Source: Opitutaceae bacterium (GTDB lineage: Bacteria; Verrucomicrobiota; Verrucomicrobiia; Opitutales; Coraliomargaritaceae). From it: a stretch of DNA of 64,000 nt. Position numbers and translations under genes: made by a program. The number at the start of each line of letters is the position of its first letter. The stretch's first letter is position 1. This document shows, in pieces, positions 61,561-64,000 of the stretch. The DNA lies in assembly GCA_051252375.1 (NCBI GenBank), contig JBPOFY010000001.1:96001-160000 (forward strand). The letters are read 5' to 3'. The notes beneath the pieces are model-generated. The model searched no databases. It was not told where the DNA came from and saw only the letters and a list, made by a program, of their open reading frames with translations.

Positions 61561-63204
61561 TCAATGCTTACGAAGCGTTGATATCACAATATACATCCCA
61601 AGCATACCTGAAGCTAGAAAGCCAAGAATACCGATCGCAGGATGCCCCCATAACAATGGCTTCACCCCAGTCGTAATAATCAACGAAGATCCGATCAATA
61701 AGGACCCAATAATGATACCCACTGTCAGGCGATTCATCGATGCATTAAAAGTCTCCTGCAAGTTTTCCGTCCCCGTATGGTGAAAGTTAATCTGCAAATC
61801 CTCTTCTTCGATCCGCTGCAATATGCGCTGAAGGTTCTCAGGTATTTGCTGCATCCGACGCAACATCGACAACATGGGATACAAGGTATGCTGCGCAATA
61901 CTCGTCGCGCTCCAGCGCTCCTTGTTTAGCTGTTCGAGGTAAGGACGCGCAACGACTTGAATATCAAATTCAGGGTCCATAGTCCGCGCGGTTTCCTCAA
62001 CACAAAGAATCGCTTTCGAAAGCAAGGCATAGTCCGGCGACAACTCAATGCCATTGGTGCCAAAAATATACAGCATCTCTAGACCAACGGTTCCCATCTT
62101 CGTCCCAGAGGGACCAAACTCGCGATGCTTATTCAGCAGCAAGGTGACCTCCTTTTCTATTGGCCGACGATCAATCCGTCGGTTGTTCACCGCCATACGC
62201 TCCGCGACTCGAATGACTTTCGCCGCATCACGCGCAGTGATCGCGGCAAAAAGATCTGCCAAGTGATGCCGCATCTCTAATGTAATTTGCCCAGCCTGCC
62301 CCCAATCTAGAAAGCAAATGCGCTGATCCGGCGTCACTAGCATATTACCCGAGTGAGGATCCGAGTGAAAAAATCCCGTACCGACGATCTGGTGAAAGAC
62401 GGAATCACCGCCCATTCGCGCCAATTCTTTAGCCTCTTCTCCGACAAATGTAATTTTATCTGGCGCACATCCGTCCACCCATTCCGTCACTAGCAAACGC
62501 CGTGTGGTCAGCGCACGATATACCTTAGGTGCAAATACTTTCGGCTTATCATTCAAGGCTCGGAAAATCTCGGCGTTGTCCGCCTCATTTTTATAATTCA
62601 ACTCTTCGTGCAGACGCTTCTCAGCCTCTGCCAAAAGTGTTGGTAAATTGTAAGGTCGTAGTTCTTCGATCCGCGTATGCAACTGACGTGCGAACCAACC
62701 AATAATCTCTAGATCCGCCGAAATCGTTTTGTGAATATCAGCACGTTGCACTTTCACGCAGACCCACTCACCTGTCGAAATCAGTTTCGCCTTATAAACT
62801 TGCCCTAAAGAACCCGCAGCCACAGGCACTGAGTCAAACTCTGCAAAGACCTCCTCGATCTCGCATTCCAATTCCTTGAGTAGAATCGGTTTAATTTTAT
62901 CAAAGGGCTGCGCCATCACCTCGCTACGAAGCTTCTTTAGCTCCATCACCAGCGGTTCAGGTAATTTATCAGGTCGCGTGCTAAGGATCTGCCCAAACTT
63001 CACAAAGATCGGACCGAGCTCCTCACAGGCATTACGCACCCGTTCGTAAGGCGTCAGATGCGTGACCTTCTCACGCACCAAATTTCGTAACAGAAACTGC
63101 GGCGTATCGAGCTGCAGTAATAAATCCTCAAACCCCCAACGCACCAAAATCGCCACAATCTCAGGGGCGCGGACAGCATTTGAGAGATAGTTAAAAGGTT
63201 TCAT
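61561..63204 (-). CDS. AarF/UbiB (ABC1) family kinase-like protein
   Basis: ELGPIFVKFGQILSTRPD, AAGSLGQV, VKVQR, EELNY..E, FFHSDPHSGN, LDWG; C-terminal TMs. Confidence 0.92.
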   Translation of the reverse strand: MKPFNYLSNAVRAPEIVAILVRWGFEDLLLQLDTPQFLLRNLVREKVTHLTPYERVRNACEELGPIFVKFGQILSTRPDKLPEPLVMELKKLRSEVMAQPFDKIKPILLKELECEIEEVFAEFDSVPVAAGSLGQVYKAKLISTGEWVCVKVQRADIHKTISADLEIIGWFARQLHTRIEELRPYNLPTLLAEAEKRLHEELNYKNEADNAEIFRALNDKPKVFAPKVYRALTTRRLLVTEWVDGCAPDKITFVGEEAKELARMGGDSVFHQIVGTGFFHSDPHSGNMLVTPDQRICFLDWGQAGQITLEMRHHLADLFAAITARDAAKVIRVAERMAVNNRRIDRRPIEKEVTLLLNKHREFGPSGTKMGTVGLEMLYIFGTNGIELSPDYALLSKAILCVEETARTMDPEFDIQVVARPYLEQLNKERWSATSIAQHTLYPMLSMLRRMQQIPENLQRILQRIEEEDLQINFHHTGTENLQETFNASMNRLTVGIIIGSLLIGSSLIITTGVKPLLWGHPAIGILGFLASGMLGMYIVISTLRKH

Positions 63205-63208
63205 AAGA

Positions 63209-63236
63209 GTTGCTAGTTGAACGTTGCTTGTTGTTA
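63209..63236. repeat. 7-bp tandem array, 3' flank of the four-helix-bundle gene
   Basis: GTTGCTA GTTGAAC GTTGCTT GTTGTTA (+ strand). Confidence 0.8.
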
Positions 63237-63240
63237 GAAA

Positions 63241-63618
63241 CTACTTCTTCGCAGTTCGAGCCAAATAGCTCGCATATCCATTCGAAAGAGCCGACGACTT
63301 TTCAAAAATCACTCTAAATTTCGCTAACTGCTCATCTGAAATCATCCCCTCGTCGTTGCCTGCGATCAAATGATCGAGGCATTCATGCTGTGAGCCCAAG
63401 CTATTACGAATAAACTTAGCGTTATCGAGGTAATGCCGACGACCAAAACCCTCCGCGATATTCGCAGTGCTCGAACGTGCCGCACGGATCAACTGATCGA
63501 CTAGGCGATAGCGTGCTTCCGCAGGTAATTGCGGCGTAATTTCACGAGTCACAAACACACGCAATTCGCGACAAGCCTTCCAACAATCCAAGTCTTCAAA
63601 GCGATCAATACGTCCCAT
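63241..63618 (-). CDS. Four helix bundle protein (23S rRNA IVP / bAvd-like family)
   Basis: FEDLDCW, E.RY.L.DQL.RAARS..ANIAEGFGR, F...SLGS..E; 125 aa. Confidence 0.92.
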   Translation of the reverse strand: MGRIDRFEDLDCWKACRELRVFVTREITPQLPAEARYRLVDQLIRAARSSTANIAEGFGRRHYLDNAKFIRNSLGSQHECLDHLIAGNDEGMISDEQLAKFRVIFEKSSALSNGYASYLARTAKK

Positions 63619-63646
63619 AATTCATCGCGCCTCCACACGCCTCAAA

Positions 63647-63667
63647 CAACCAGCAACAAACAACTCC
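63647..63667. repeat. 7-bp tandem array, 5' flank, inverted relative to 63209-63236
   Basis: CAACCAG CAACAAA CAACTCC (+ strand). Confidence 0.75.
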
Positions 63668-63675
63668 CGAAACGA

Positions 63676-63990
63676 CTAATCGTTATTCGGGAACTCCTTA
63701 TGCAAGCGTCCTTCGAGTTCGGTCACACGAGCAGCAAGCGCATCATATTGATCTTTAGTCACCACATTTGCACGCTGCAGCATTTCGGTAAACAGGCGAC
63801 CAGCTTCCACTTTAGCTTTTTCAGTTTCGGTCTTACCTTCATTAACGATGCGGTCAGACATCTCGGCGGCTTCTTCTTTCGTTAAGCGCCCCTTTTCCAC
63901 CAATTCATCGAGTGATTCCAGAACTTTATCTTTCGTCACGACAGCCAGTCCGACGCCAGCCAACATAGTTTTTTTAACGAGGTCTATCAT
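63676..63990 (-). CDS. Phasin-family (PHA granule-associated-like) protein
   Basis: KKTMLAGVG....TKDK...LDELVEKG.L..EEA...VTK.....L.ARV.ELE. Confidence 0.8.
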   Translation of the reverse strand: MIDLVKKTMLAGVGLAVVTKDKVLESLDELVEKGRLTKEEAAEMSDRIVNEGKTETEKAKVEAGRLFTEMLQRANVVTKDQYDALAARVTELEGRLHKEFPNND

Positions 63991-64000
63991 AGTGTTTATA

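Noticed and set aside
63241..63618. Diversity-generating retroelement or 23S rRNA intervening sequence
   Set aside because: No reverse transcriptase, TR/VR pair or rRNA sequence in the window; the flanks are protein-coding genes.

Overview
A gene-dense 64 kb bacterial chromosome segment, about 50% GC by eye. Gene content suggests Verrucomicrobiota, probably Opitutae/Puniceicoccaceae-like (inference only). Most genes are housekeeping: tmk, can, tag, miaA, gcvP/gcvT, galE, nrdR, trpG/trpB, kdsB, polX, menE/menC, guaB, purA. Accessory modules are a giant secreted DUF1800 protein with a Tat-exported DUF1501 partner, a sugar transferase/ACP/FabG/acyl-ligase cluster, an ECF sigma operon ending in a catalytically dead HtrA-like protein, a FabF-ACP-phytoene-desaturase-like operon, a CHASE2 adenylate cyclase module and a Gld-like ABC/DUF4340/AsmA operon. 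I found no rRNA, tRNA, CRISPR array, integrase or transposase. The most notable signals are in short non-coding DNA. (1) A four-helix-bundle (IVP/bAvd-like) gene is bracketed by inverted 7-bp tandem arrays, and orphan 7- or 8-periodic arrays sit just upstream of several other start codons. (2) GTAG/GGAG REP-like hairpins with covarying stems are dispersed through the window, and one doublet lies in frame inside a protein-coding gene. All calls come from motifs read by eye; no database search was run.
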